Below, piece by piece: positions 23,816 to 36,200 of a stretch of DNA of 64,000 nt. Under the pieces are notes generated by a model that ran no database searches, was not told where the DNA came from, and was given only the letters and a program-made list of their open reading frames with translations. The position numbers were made by a program, and so were the translations under genes. Source of the stretch: Marsupella aquatica (taxonomy: Eukaryota > Plantae > Marchantiophyta); the NCBI GenBank assembly GCA_973895155.1, contig OZ316895.1, positions 1,753,094 through 1,817,093 on the forward strand. The letters are read 5' to 3'. Each line of letters opens with the position of its first letter. Within the stretch, counting starts at the first letter, position 1.

Positions 23816-24889
23816 TCTTCGTCCTGAAAATACCCCCCACACGCGAACAATGAGCCAAAGCTACAACACTCACCGATTCTCCCACCTGCATGAGACATTT
23901 GGATACGAGGAAAGCAACATGGACGAGATGGTCATTTGGAAAACATGTTGGTCGGTCGAGCACATACAATTTGACAGACCACGTACGATTTTAACCCACG
24001 AACCCAAATTTCAAGCAAAGTAGAAAGACAGTAGGGAAGCCATCTCAAATGCACACATATCATCTAAAGTCCTCGCACGAATGGCTTTCCTCTTCGATAC
24101 AGTAGAGAAAAATCTTGAACGTTTACCCCGTACTTGCCTACACTGCACCAGAAATTTAGAGGTTTAGCCAAAGTCTGGAGATCCATTACTGCCCACACTG
24201 TACTGTTAATGCGAAGGACTTAATGCAGTTGAATCCCTTGAATGTTTTTCTTGATATTTTTAGGCCGAGCTTGCATATGGCAGCCGTGAAGGAAGCGGCC
24301 CCTAGCATTCATGAAACTCTTGACAGAAAGATTTGGATTGCGACCATGATCTGTTCCGCATGTAATGTTTGCTTTTGTTTTACTATAAAATCAAAAGTCG
24401 GGACCTCAAGTAAGTTTCTGGCCCTTGCCCTTGGGCCTCCATGAATATTGTCATCAGGCTTGACACAAGATGAGGCATCCTTGAAGTCCTGTACAGGTTG
24501 AGTTGGGCCTTAAGTGGGGTTGTTAATTTTTTTGATTGTGTGGAAGAAGTATTTGAAGTACGTATTTGAGTGGAAGAGAATTGAGTACGTATTTGAGTAT
24601 TTTGAATTCTTCCACACAGTACGTATTTGAGTGATGAAAAATGGACATTCTCTTGAATAAAGCAAAAAGGGAAAATCCCGTAGAGGCCTTCCTTTTCAGC
24701 TCGATAAAGGTCAGAGTTAGAAGCTAGGAAAGTTCAAAATCTCTGGCGCAAATGTCGTCAGAAGTCCTCTACTGCCAAGATGGACTTTCGCACACCTTAT
24801 GTGATAGGTGGCGTGTTTTAAAACGTTGTGGTTACATAGCGTACCTCAAAGGAAGTTTACAATTATAAGCAAATGCCGTAACCAATAAG

Positions 24890-24961
24890 ACGACCGTAGT
24901 CCAACGGTTAGGATAATTGCCTTCCAAGCAATAGACCCGGGTTCAACTCCCGGCGGTCGTA
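24890..24961 (+). tRNA. tRNA-Gly (anticodon TCC), acceptor-stem variant
   Basis: 72-nt cloverleaf: acceptor ACGACCG/CGGTCGT, D-arm GTCC-AACGGTTA-GGAT, anticodon stem ATTGC/GCAAT with loop CTTCCAA, T-arm CCGGG-TTCAACT-CCCGG, discriminator A. Upstream TATAAG and CAA, downstream T4 at about 25006. Confidence 0.93.
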
Positions 24962-26638
24962 CAACTCTAACACTCTCGGTGGAGTAGTAGCTACAAGCTG
25001 TCACATTTTCGGTTTACATTTTGAAATGCAGACCAAGCCACAAGAGAACACCTGAACGGACATGCATTTTAATAAGCCCTTCGTTCTCTATTCCCCTCCT
25101 TTATTTGCTGCTCAGATGGATTTGATACTGTGCTATTAACTTCTCCCGTTGATGTTTTGATCTTCTTTCACAAACGAACTTTAGAAGCATTCAATTCTCT
25201 CTCTCACAAGCAACAATTCATAAGCATCTTACTTTTTTGGTAAGTAAGTTGGGACTTCTTGTTCAGACCGTAGATTAAGGTTCCAGACTGAATTACATGC
25301 TCACTCTGTGTTGACACTTTCTCATCAGGAAGAATGGAGCCTTCCATCTAGAGTCGAAATCTTGCGGGTTTTCGCCCTTTTTCATGAGACCACGTAACTA
25401 AGAATCATTCTAGAGTCGGGCTGTAGAGTTCCCACTTTAAATATCAAGGCTGTCTTCATCTCCCATGCTTGTTTTACTCATTCAAATGTTGCCCTCTTCT
25501 GATTTCATTATTCATGCAACCACCGTAGTCAGAACTTATCTTCGAGATGGCGTCAATAACAAGTCGCTGTTGTGATATGTTGCTTAATATACACTTTCAA
25601 CATCATCCAAGAAGTAATAATGTTGCCTATTAAACACTGCAAGAGATGTCTCCCAGAAAGATCATCAGGCCTATGCAATGCTTGTCTGCGCTCAAGGCTG
25701 GTGAATCGTCCTTTGCCAAGGCAGGGCAAAATTTGTGGTCACCTGAATTATTTTCTCCTCGACCAAAGCTGAAGATCATTCGAGGTTATGAGTTCAGTTA
25801 TCTATAGTTTGATGGGGATGCATGAAGAGCGACTCTTTTGCTTTACGGATAGTCGCAAAGTTGTCAACAAGCGAAGCTATACAAGTGGATAATTATGATG
25901 AATAACAATAATATAATGGTTTCAGAACAATTTGAACGAAAGTGATGTTTTCGTTCTTTTATATTCTGTTTATCAAAGGGATAGCACGCGAAACATATCA
26001 TGATGACAAGTTTCCTTCTACGTACTATTCAGTAGTGTGCTCTTACAATGAAGCATTCTGCTCTCGTCTAAACGAATGCGATAACAAGAGGGATCAATCG
26101 TACAAGATCAAATCACATGCACCAGATTGACATTTGAGAGGAAATTGAGAGCATCACTCCGTTTCGACAACGAAACATTCAAAAGAATCATGGACGGCAG
26201 ATTTGTTGAATTTCTTAATTGCAAAAACAAATTGCAATTCTGACAAATCTTTCATTGAATTGCATTGTGGTGAATTTTACCGGATAAAACTTCAGAATTG
26301 CGTACTAGGTAGACATGAGTCTGCTACGAAGCTATGCAGTCGTGTGTTCCTAATCTGGGAACAATATGTCCTCTACTTCAAGTTTGACTATATTTACAAC
26401 GACTTTGTACACTAGTGATGCTAACAGAACGACTACAATTGTGTCAATAGTTTGCTAATTTTGATTGTCATCTTCCAGGCCGGCTGGAACATCAGTTGAT
26501 AGTTACAATATCTTGCTGTCATCGATGAACGCGAGTCAAAACTATCCAGATTATGCTCGCCCGAGATGGTCAGAATGATACCACTAACAAGCAGCTGGAC
26601 AGATCAGGAGACATTCACAAGATCGACGGTCTTTCCAC

Positions 26639-27511
26639 CTAAAATACGCTGCCGATTACATCTCCGATCAGAAGTCCACCCAGAAGCCCTCCGAGCAATC
26701 CGAACCCCGACCCGCCGATGCTGCTGCTACCTTGATACCTAGACGGCTTTGCATAAATGTATTGCTGTTGGTAGCCGTAAGGTGGTTGAGCACCAGGGTA
26801 ATAATACCCCTGAGGCCCTGGCGGATATTCAGAGCCATAATACTGAGGACCATATTGCTGTCCAGGGTAGGCAGTCGGAACACCAGAGGCAGGATAAGCT
26901 AGCACTGGCTCTTCTTCCTTCTTCGAACCGGAACTGGTTGTCGGTGGAGGATACGGAGCCGCAGTTCCTCCTCCTGAGCTCCAACTCGGGGGCGGATTCG
27001 TCTGAGTGAAACCCGTCGATGCATAAACATCCTGTTGTCGTTTCTTTCTCGGATCCGCTGACGAGGAAGCCGAAAAAGCATGTACAGCGTGATTCTTCAG
27101 ATTTACGGTCCGCTTCTCACCGACCTTGAGGGACACATTGAGAGAACCTCTCACCTTCCCGGACGGTCTGCGGACCTCGTAGGCTAGGAATTCAGACTTT
27201 CCATCCTCCTGCTTGCCGACGTCAACTAGAGAAATCATCGCCGTGCCGACAATCTTGTTGCTAAACGAGCCATAGCTAAAAATATCCACTGTGATATACG
27301 ACTTGCCCCTCCTCAAAAGCTTGTCCTCACAATCGAGAGTCAATTTTGCGTTCCAAGTCGGATTCTCGCCCCCATCCCTATCCACCCCTGACGACTTCAT
27401 TTCGCTCGTATAAATGTACGCCACTGCATAACATGTATCGTGCCCGAACGTCGACACTTTCTTCAGATTCTGGGCCGAGATTATGTTCAGCTCCAATGTT
27501 CTCACCTCCAT
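26639..27511 (-). CDS. C2-domain protein, SRC2-like
   Basis: MEVRTLELNIISAQNLKKV...VDRDGGENPTWN...YEVRRPSGKVRGSLNVS C2 domain, followed by a P/Y/G/Q-rich linker and the GLLGGLLGGLLIGD C-terminal motif of plant SRC2 proteins. Intronless. Confidence 0.9.
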   Translation of the reverse strand: MEVRTLELNIISAQNLKKVSTFGHDTCYAVAYIYTSEMKSSGVDRDGGENPTWNAKLTLDCEDKLLRRGKSYITVDIFSYGSFSNKIVGTAMISLVDVGKQEDGKSEFLAYEVRRPSGKVRGSLNVSLKVGEKRTVNLKNHAVHAFSASSSADPRKKRQQDVYASTGFTQTNPPPSWSSGGGTAAPYPPPTTSSGSKKEEEPVLAYPASGVPTAYPGQQYGPQYYGSEYPPGPQGYYYPGAQPPYGYQQQYIYAKPSRYQGSSSIGGSGFGLLGGLLGGLLIGDVIGSVF

Positions 27512-27830
27512 TGCTTTAGGTCTTACCCTCAAAGTTTCCAACGCGCCCCTAGATCGCTCTTCTGGAAACAGGATTCGTCCACGAGACAATTCACTCAAGC
27601 TTCAATATAATCAAGTCGGATCTCGCAGATTTTGTTTGTAAGAATTACACCACCGTCCGAATTTCGAATCCACAAGGCAGACAGAAGAAGTATAAAGCTA
27701 CGTAGGCACTGATGTTCGAAAGCTGACTAGCAAACCGAGCGAGAGAGTGTAAAGTATAGATAGGTAGCAAGAGAGTGCAGTCGAGTGAAGAACAAGGGAT
27801 ATGATACGAACATGGAGACGGAGACGGTGA

Positions 27831-28228
27831 TCTATATACTCACACAAACAGCCGTCGCGGTCCCGCGTCGGCCCCTCTTGAATGCTCTAGGGAAGCTGCG
27901 TGTCGTGCGGGCCAGGTGCTCTTACAAAGCTGGCAAATAAAACACCGCGGTGTCGGGTTCTCAGGAGCTCTTCAATACAAAATCTACGCTTGTATCATGA
28001 AACCAAATGGGCGGACTACAGCGATTCCATTGTGCGGAAACTTCCTTTGGTCTCTTGCGCGTGGCAATGCTCCTGAGCAAAAGGCGATGGCTGTTCCGTG
28101 GTCTCGCTTGTCTGTGACTCGAAAGGTCAAAATAAACATACACTCCCGTTGTCAAGGAACTCGAGATTCAGAAAGAAAGATCTAATTCGCAGGAACCAGA
28201 ACGGTGTCCTCGCAATTGTGCGACGCGC
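27831..28228 (-). promoter_or_regulatory. SRC2-like promoter: TATA box and clustered CGCG (CAMTA-type) boxes
   Basis: Minus-strand TATATAGA at about 27831-27838. vCGCGb matches at 27863, 27945, 28057 and 28223. Confidence 0.45.
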
Positions 28229-28686
28229 AACATCGTCCCGGCGTAATTATTGGGTGTGCAGTTTCTGCGCAGATTCCATTCGCCACGCTAAATTATATGA
28301 ATAGAGGCTGCTCCTAAAGTCCCATGAGATGCTGGCCCGGAAGGTTCGCAATGGTGTATGATTATTTTATTGTAAGCGTTGGCCGGACCTGTACCTATCT
28401 AGCGGTGGACGGGAGTTCCGCCGGTTGGAACGTCGGTGGAAGCTGCGATCATGCCGAGTTGATATCGACGGTAGATATAGACAGTGTAACTTTTAGGATC
28501 GAATCTTGTCCGTCGATTCAAATCGCAGTAACTGCGGTTAGGGGAAGGCTGGTACAGTGTACTGTTAGACGAGGAACGTGAGAGGACGGTGTTGTGGCTG
28601 CCGCCAGGAAGTGCGCCTTCGTTCCAGAAGAGAAAAAGGAATCGATGCACTGGCAGTGAAGCACCAAAGGCCAGGTAAGATAGGTG

Positions 28687-28765
28687 TAGGTAACCCATCA
28701 TGGGTTGAAGGGGGTAATCCGCTCAATGGCAGTGAGCCTGGGGATTACAGCCCATGGGTTACCTA
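28687..28765. repeat. Fold-back (inverted repeat) element
   Basis: taggtaaccca...gtaatcc-gctca...tgagc...ggattac...tgggttaccta forms nested complementary arms. Confidence 0.7.
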
Positions 28766-30133
28766 GCATAAACATTTTTTCTGAGTCTTTGAAAAATTAA
28801 GTATGTACAGTAGTAAAGTCTTGTTTATGTATATGCTCCTTCCAAAATCTCAAGCACCATGTTGAGCAGCATCATGAGGTTCGGTCACAAACCAGTCTCC
28901 ACTAAATCTTGCCCGTCCATTACAAACACTAGCCCCGACTACCCATTCTTTGAACGTGAATAGCGGAGAGGACAATAAAAAAATTATCAAAATATATTCT
29001 CTATTCATATTCTTTGAAGGTTAATGAAATGATAAAAAAAAAACTCATCATTTTAATAGTCATATATAATATATCATTCTCCTTGATGTGTTTTGTATGC
29101 ACATCCATGTTCTATACACATATGTTGTGATGGGCATACTGCCTATAGTTTTTGAATGGAAATATTTAGAAATTATCACATAAAATTGGCATGTACATAT
29201 ATCATAGTCATGTCATAAATTTTTCCCATGTACATGATGATCATAGAGTTACGATCTAGAGACTTCACACTAGACCCTAGCTTGTGAAGAGTAGGTTCCA
29301 GTTTGCGCTTTAGTAAGATTCAACAACATTTGTCTCTGCAAAAACCAGGGGAGGTACTTTAAGGCTTGAGAAACCTAACCCTATCCCAATCCTACTTGGG
29401 ATTGGGTGGGACCCACCTCTAACCTTCCAGAGTGAGAACTTTGTGCCAAAAGACTAGATGGCCTCTAAATTTTGATGGGATTTACTTTTTGTTCTTTACA
29501 AGGAAGGCTGGGGCTATCTGTGACAGAATCTTTGGGGCAAAATCTCCTGCCCTCTTGCAACACCGACTTTCGATGCAAAATATAGTAACCAGACCAAAAA
29601 CCAAGCCAAACCAATTCGAGTTTTGGTGGAGGGCCATGTGATTCAGAAGTCATTAGATGGCGGAGGGGACAACATCTTGGAGAAGTGGTCCATTAATCTT
29701 TTCGTTGAAGAAGAGTGTCAACAGTCTTGGGTAGGACCACGCTCGAACCATGCAAGGGGATTCTATCTCAAACCTACCTGGACTAATTGGGTAGGGCCAC
29801 GCTCTAACCATGCAAGTCCTATCCCAATCCTACCTGGACTTGGGTAGGACCCAGTTGCAAGCACACAAGCAAGGTGAATTTACTCTAGAGTATTATGAGG
29901 CTCCTCAGCTTTGCTGTCCAGCAGGGGTTTTATTTTGTAGCTCAATCAGGCTTTTAGGCTAGTGGTTTTTTTCTTGTTTTCTCCCCTTACTTGGGTCCTG
30001 TTTCCAGGTTTGAAATTTTTAGTTCAGTTTGATACTTTTTTTCCTTAGGCAGTGTGATATATAAATATTGGGATTCCCAAGCTCTGAAGCGTTCCATGAT
30101 CTTTAAATAGATGCAACAAGTCGTTTGCTGTTA

Positions 30134-30301
30134 ATGACTCAGATTTAATTAACAGATCAACAAAACTGCTGCTGTCATGTAAAGTGTCCCAATTTTGCTT
30201 TTCATGACTCAGATTTAATTAACAGATCAACAAAACTGCTGCTGTCATGTAAAGTGTCCCAATTTTGCTTTTCATGACTCAGATTTAATTAATAGATCAA
30301 C
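30134..30301. repeat. 70-bp tandem repeat, about 2.4 copies
   Basis: atgactcagatttaattaa starts at 30134, 30204 and 30274. Confidence 0.92.
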
Positions 30302-32390
30302 TAAATCTTGCTAAACTGCTGCCACCTGTGTCTTGTGAAGTGTCCCTCAAACTGCCTCCGTGGTTATGTGAAGTGCATTTAATTTACATTCCCTGTAAAC
30401 TAAGGTCTTGGCTGTGGGACAGGATGCAAGACCATCCTGGATTTCTTCTTCCAGACATGTGCTAAGATTAAACTTGAAGGATTGTTGTACCCAACGACAT
30501 GATCTTGATGAACTCATTTTGGGTTCTAGTTGCCCAAGAGAAAATGTTGACGAAAGCCCTCCATTTAGACATTCTATCATATTTAAGTAATTGTGTTCCG
30601 ATTGTGTAACCATCTTAAGACCATTTTGGTTTAATGCCATTGTACAATGCTCCATGTGAACTATCAATCAAGCTAATCTAAACTTTGTTCGGTACACGAG
30701 CCGAAATCCATTGGCTCTTCTAGCCTTCACTCCTCATTCATCAGGATTCATGAACTATGACCTCACTATCAAAGTTGTCTGGAGTCGCAAATTCAACGAG
30801 GATTATTGTATTCAACTATGAATGGTATAGTATTTGGGGAAAGGACTTCAGCAACGTGTGTGTAGAATGTGCTATACAATGTCACGGTAATCCTCGATCA
30901 GGTCGGCAACGAATTTGCCTGCTTGATCACAAAGGATTGCAGTAATTCTCAAGGGAGAAATGTTCTGAACCTTGCACAGGGTGAACTTGCCTGGCTCGAT
31001 CACGTATACAATGAGCGCGCCCGAGGAGACTAAAATTTCAATCAACTGAGCAACTGTCATTTTATCGAGCATCTGCTGTCGATTGAAAGATCAAGTCATC
31101 AAGCTGACGAAGGCTCTGTACCACATTTGGCATTAAGTGATATAAAAGACTGCACTTATGAATCTCCAAGACTCGACCACTTTCAACTCCCAGTACGTCC
31201 TATTCACGAGAAGCTTTCAAAAGCCCGATACAGTACCGTGGATAGCACCCCATAAATGCTCCAAGAGAAACGAAAATTGACAGTCGTGGCCCTGCAAATA
31301 ATGGGCTAGTGATCGATGTAATTTCTGGTAAGCGCATCCCGATTTCATCTTTCCCAACCTTCAGAGCTCCAGCACAAGCGCATAAAGCAATGAAGCAACG
31401 AAGCATGATTTAGCGGGAATTTGAAATGACAGTACCGTCCGCATGATTCTAAAGTATTTATTCCGTCCGTCAGCATTTCGAGCATTTCAAGACACACCAC
31501 ACTGCTTTCCAATATTTCCCGCAAGTTCTAATGGCTGTTGATGACTATTCTACATGCCGAGATCGCTGTGTGAAAGTGCATTCAATGAACGGGTTGGTCT
31601 GCAAAGCCTGAGAGCCATGGGAAGGACGAGTCACTTGCTCCTTAAAAGTAATTTCGTGAACAAAAACAGTGGCAATTGCGGCACAAGAGCGCTGATTGCG
31701 AGGCGGAGTGAAAAAGGCCAGGAATCTGACGCTAATATGTCCTGCAAAGCACACAGATACGTAAACCAAAATAATCATCAATGTCGATTAATGTACACAA
31801 CACGACGTCAAATCCGTACCAGACTTAACAAAAAACAATCTGCACTAAAGACAACACATCTCCAATCAGCTCCTGATATCTTCGCTGTGGATTGGCCACA
31901 GAAGTTCCTATGCGGCTAAATATATGGGACGGCTGTCAGCAGTTTCGCAGATTGATTCCGGCCGCAAGTAAATGAGGATGTATGCGATGGTTTCCTAGCC
32001 AGAAAAGATTCTTCATCCTCATGAAGATCGTGCCCGTGGCTACGAGATCGTACATTTCCAGCCATGCCTGCGAAGTCGATCAGGAAATCCGATGCTCTGC
32101 GCTGTTGGGTCGATCACTGCACTCAAAATTACGGCAGCAACCAACGTAGTCTTAAGTTGTGCCAGCTAATTTGGTTAACATATGTGCAACACTCGCCCGG
32201 GCAAAGAGGCCATTAATTCTTCTCGGAGGAAGCAACCATATCGAGGGATTACGTAGAGTGGCAATCAATGAGATTGGTACTTCATCAGCCTTGTGGAGGA
32301 GCCGATAATGAATCAGCGACTTGATTTCCTCCGAGTGTTGGTGCGGGAAACGTATTTGAAAAAAATGAGTATAGAGCCAGAGCTAAGAGA

Positions 32391-33011
32391 TCAACAGTAA
32401 GAACGCATAAAGTTGTCGCGCCTTCGAATAGGTGCTTGCGGATCTACTACATTGAATCTCGCGGCTGGTAGTTCGATCCTCGTGTTGGTTGCTTCTAATC
32501 GTATCTTTATGTCCCGAGCAATAGACGTAAACACTTCCACGACGTTGAAATTAGTCTTCGCGCTGGTTTCGAAGAATTTTATGCGGTAATCATCAGCAAG
32601 AGCTTGGCCTTGAGCACTCGTAACCTGCCTCTTGTCGTCCATATCCGCCTTATTCCCGACCAACGCTATGTTGACATTCTCTGCGGCATACTCTGTTATA
32701 CTGCCAATCCAGTTGCGCACGTTTTGAAACGAGGAAGAGTCGGATATGTCATAGACGAGCAAGATTCCCATGGCTCCCCGGTAGTATGCGGTTGTGATGG
32801 TTCGAAATCTCTCCTGCCCCGCCGTGTCCCAAATTTGCAACCTCACTTTCCTGCCATCGATGTCTATGGTGCGAACCTTAAAGTCTATGCCTATCGTTGT
32901 GATGAACGTCGTGGCGAAGGAGTCGTCGCAGAAACGAAGCAGCAGGCAGCTTTTTCCAACTCCACTATCTCCGATGAGAAGCAATTTCATGCGATACTCA
33001 CCGTCCGCCAT
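32391..33011 (-). CDS. RABE: RabE (Rab8/Sec4 family) small GTPase, intronless
   Basis: GDSGVGKS P-loop, FITTIGIDF effector motif (RabE/Rab8 signature), [32 protein letters not shown]. The protein ends RSYC*. Confidence 0.93.
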   Translation of the reverse strand: MADGEYRMKLLLIGDSGVGKSCLLLRFCDDSFATTFITTIGIDFKVRTIDIDGRKVRLQIWDTAGQERFRTITTAYYRGAMGILLVYDISDSSSFQNVRNWIGSITEYAAENVNIALVGNKADMDDKRQVTSAQGQALADDYRIKFFETSAKTNFNVVEVFTSIARDIKIRLEATNTRIELPAARFNVVDPQAPIRRRDNFMRSYC

Positions 33012-33888
33012 TTACCTGAAATCTCGCCCCCTCTCTCAAGCTTTACCTCCACTTGGCTTGCTTGATCTCTCGTTTGCTTTTTGCTCGCTCGAGCTCACCG
33101 TCTTGTGGGATCTACGTCCGCTTCACCGCAGCATCCTCAACCGTAAAGCTCGATCAATCAGCTCGCCTACCCGTGAGATGGAAAAATCAATTGGAGGAAT
33201 CGATTTCCGGGATTGGTAGATAACACGAGGATTCGTAACATCTGGTCCAAAGTGCACAGCAAATCTAAGAGATTTGTCTGCCAAAACGAACTCTTCTGCA
33301 GGCACGGAAAGGGGAGGGAGATAAGGTGACGAACGATTGCAGATTAATGGGCTTGTTTATCAACGCCAAGAACGAAGGCACGGAAGTTAACCCAGTACCC
33401 ACGGTCCGCAAAACGAACTTTGACCCGGTAATCTGACGTCTAAAAGTCAGCCATATCTCTCAATCCCTTACTATAATGCAACGACGGACCGTAGCACCTA
33501 CAGTACCTATTGTGGTCTGGCAAGACCTAGTGAAAGCGCACGCGACGCGGTAGCACAATTTTAAAGCAACCTCGCACGACAATTTCAGAAGAAAAAAGTC
33601 CTCCTTCCACAGAAAACAGCAAGCGCTGAAATCAAACTCTGGAGGAGAAGGAATTCCACGAGGCAAAGCACATACCTACTCCGTCCATGACCTCGGACGA
33701 CAGGATGATAGCACCCGAGTTGTAGTTCTTCGACAACCGACAGCTCCAACAAGGAAGCATGACGGACCGACTCACACGACTGTCAACAGGTCCGTGCACA
33801 GATTCACAATAGTCTCGCCACTGTACGCTGTACAACGCCAAAAAACAAAGGCGACAAGACAGAGACCGATCGGCACGGACAAATAAAT

Positions 33889-34091
33889 TAGGGGTCTCAA
33901 ACCTCAAAATCTGATGTACCTTGAAAATATAACAGGTGGTCTCAACAGATGTACCTTGAAAATAAAATAGGGGGTCTCAAACCTCAAAATCTGATGTACC
34001 TTGAATATAAAATAGGGGGTCTCAAACCTCAATATCTGATGTACCTTGAAAATAAAATAGGGGTCTCAAATCTCAAAATCTGATGTACCTT
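33889..34091. repeat. Minisatellite of about 45 bp, 4-5 copies
   Basis: aggggtctcaaacctcaaaatctgatgtaccttgaaaataaaat is repeated, one copy internally deleted. Confidence 0.9.
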
Positions 34092-34260
34092 CACTTAGTA
34101 GTAAAGAAGGTTATTGACAGGAAAAGTTGTGGACAAGCAAATATATGATCCATATCTTTTTGCCATTAATTCTGGTCATATGCCATCTTAGTAATTATTT
34201 TCGAGGGCTACTGTTTAGAACAAAGGCAGGTACTGTAGTAGGAGAGAGTCTCCTCGTTTT

Positions 34261-34485
34261 ACTGACCCTGGGCTTTGGTGCACCTTTCCTAAAGCAAAGC
34301 CTCTACAGTAGACTGTTAGGCTCAATAAGAACAAAACTGACCCTGGGCTTCGGTGCACCTTTCCCAAAGCAAAGCCTCTAGACCGTTAGGCTCAATAAGA
34401 ACAAAACTGACCCTGGGCTTTGGTGCACCTTTCCTAAAGCAAAGCCTTTAGACTGTTAGGCTCAATGAGAACAAAACTGACCCTG
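34261..34485. repeat. Minisatellite of about 70-75 bp, 3 copies
   Basis: actgaccctgggctttggtgcacctttcctaaagcaaagcct...gactgttaggctcaataagaacaaa is repeated. Confidence 0.9.
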
Positions 34486-35099
34486 ATTCTCTAGACGACT
34501 CTTGATAAGGACAAAACTAAAAGTGAGGGTGGACAAAAACAATGGATGGGACCGAAGATGGACGGTATATGACAGAGAATTCTTTTTTTGTGTGCAAGAT
34601 TTCTTTTGTCTTCATCTGTATTCCAACGGGGTAAATTATGCTAGTGACCATAAATCATTCTAGAGGCTAGTGAAAAGATAATAATTATGTGACCCTGTGA
34701 AATAGCCATTGTCATTTGTTTATGGCTGAGACACATCTTCGGTAATTATGAGGCTTTGAGACACTCTAATAGGTACTATCTGTGTCTTACCATGAACCGC
34801 TCGGGACGGTAGTTGAATTGCTAAAATTACGTTCTTTTTATCGTCTCATAATAGGCATGATGTTTTCACATAATCAATTCTTTCATAGACGTGGTGCAAG
34901 GAGGGGAGAGAACGAGAGCTTGAAACAAGCTGTATTGGAGAATCCTGAACAACGCATCAACAAGGTAGAAGACTTTCACCACCTTGTGACAATTCTTAGT
35001 GGCCACCCAAAGGTTTACTGCTGCTGTTGTTGCCAAATAAACTCTTGGTTGATTTTCTGAAATTTTGTCATTTTTGGGAAGTTGCATGAATTAATGAAA

Positions 35100-36200
35100 G
35101 CTCCCATCATCAACTGGGGTTAAGTATTTCCCATTTCATTCCTGGGCAAGACTCCTGACCAATGCTGTTGCACATCTTAATTAAAGACTGTTACATCATT
35201 TTCTTGAATGTTGTGAGAGTGGTGCACCCCTTACTTAAGCAAGAAGGAAAGTGGCAGTACTCTTGTCCCTAAACTGCACACCTCCAGATAACCTTGCCCC
35301 TGCATATTTCTTGCAACTACTATCTTCCCAGAAAAACAAGGGTTGGGCCTTGTATTTAAATAGTGTGCCAAGGGGCATTGTATACTAAGTATACGAAAAT
35401 GGAGGTTTGGTCTGGGGTCACTAGCTTGTTACTCTCTGACCAGATACTGATGACAACCTGAGAGGCGGCAGCTGGGAAGGTTTTCTGAGCTTTCTTGGAG
35501 GAGGTTTCAGCTAGAACCCCATACCAGATCTTCTTTGTGGTACCTAATTTCTGCATGGAAAAAGGTTACTTCCAGGTAACAGATTATGGGAATAGCAGGT
35601 GCCTCCCAAAATGTTTAGATGCCCATAACTTGCATTCCGTACAACATTTATATGTTTTGGACAGAAAGTTTGGCAAGAATCAATGTTGTATTGTGTCTGG
35701 AATAGTGCTTTCTCATTGCGTCAAGGCTTGGTTCTTGGTTTGTCTGATTAGACTCAATGTAAAACTTACGTGCTAGAACAAATAATGTTCCTAACCAAGT
35801 AGAAAAGTGGGTGAAAAAGTGACTCTTTTGGATATAGGGGCTGTGTAGTGAGGGAGAAGGAGTGTGTCATTTACCAATTCAAGCATGTTGTTGATGACTG
35901 AATGGACTACTCCAATTTCACTGCTTCATAAGTGAAGAAATGACCCAGAAATCCATTCTGGATGGCATTTCAGGCAGGGTCCCTCACCAGGCCATTCCCT
36001 GCAGAACACTTGTCATGAATACATTAGAACCAAATTGTGCCCCTGTGGTTGTCCAAGCAAGTATATCCCAGCAGTAGCGGTCACAAGTTCAAACTTCTGA
36101 GACAACAACTTTGCACAGAAGCCAATTTTGCACAAGAAAGAATTAACACTTAGAAAAGATTGAGGCCTGTCTTTCCATCACGGTAGTATAATCCCAGCTC
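35100..36200 (-). mobile_element. Heavily decayed L1-like LINE ORF2 C-terminal remnant
   Basis: Minus-strand fragment ...SQVVISIWSESNKLV resembles the WxIWxxRNxxxF motif at the end of plant L1 ORF2. Many stops and imprecise boundaries. Confidence 0.35.

Noticed and set aside
24962-25030. Possible dicistronic tRNA-Gly-snoRNA, as described in Arabidopsis
   Set aside because: No C box (RTGATGA) or D box (CTGA) occurs before the T-run terminator.
32604-33219. Plus-strand ORFs of 141-153 aa
   Set aside because: Antisense shadows of the RabE CDS.
33889-34485. Two adjacent repeat arrays as a possible CRISPR or other array system
   Set aside because: Simple tandem minisatellites with no spacers.
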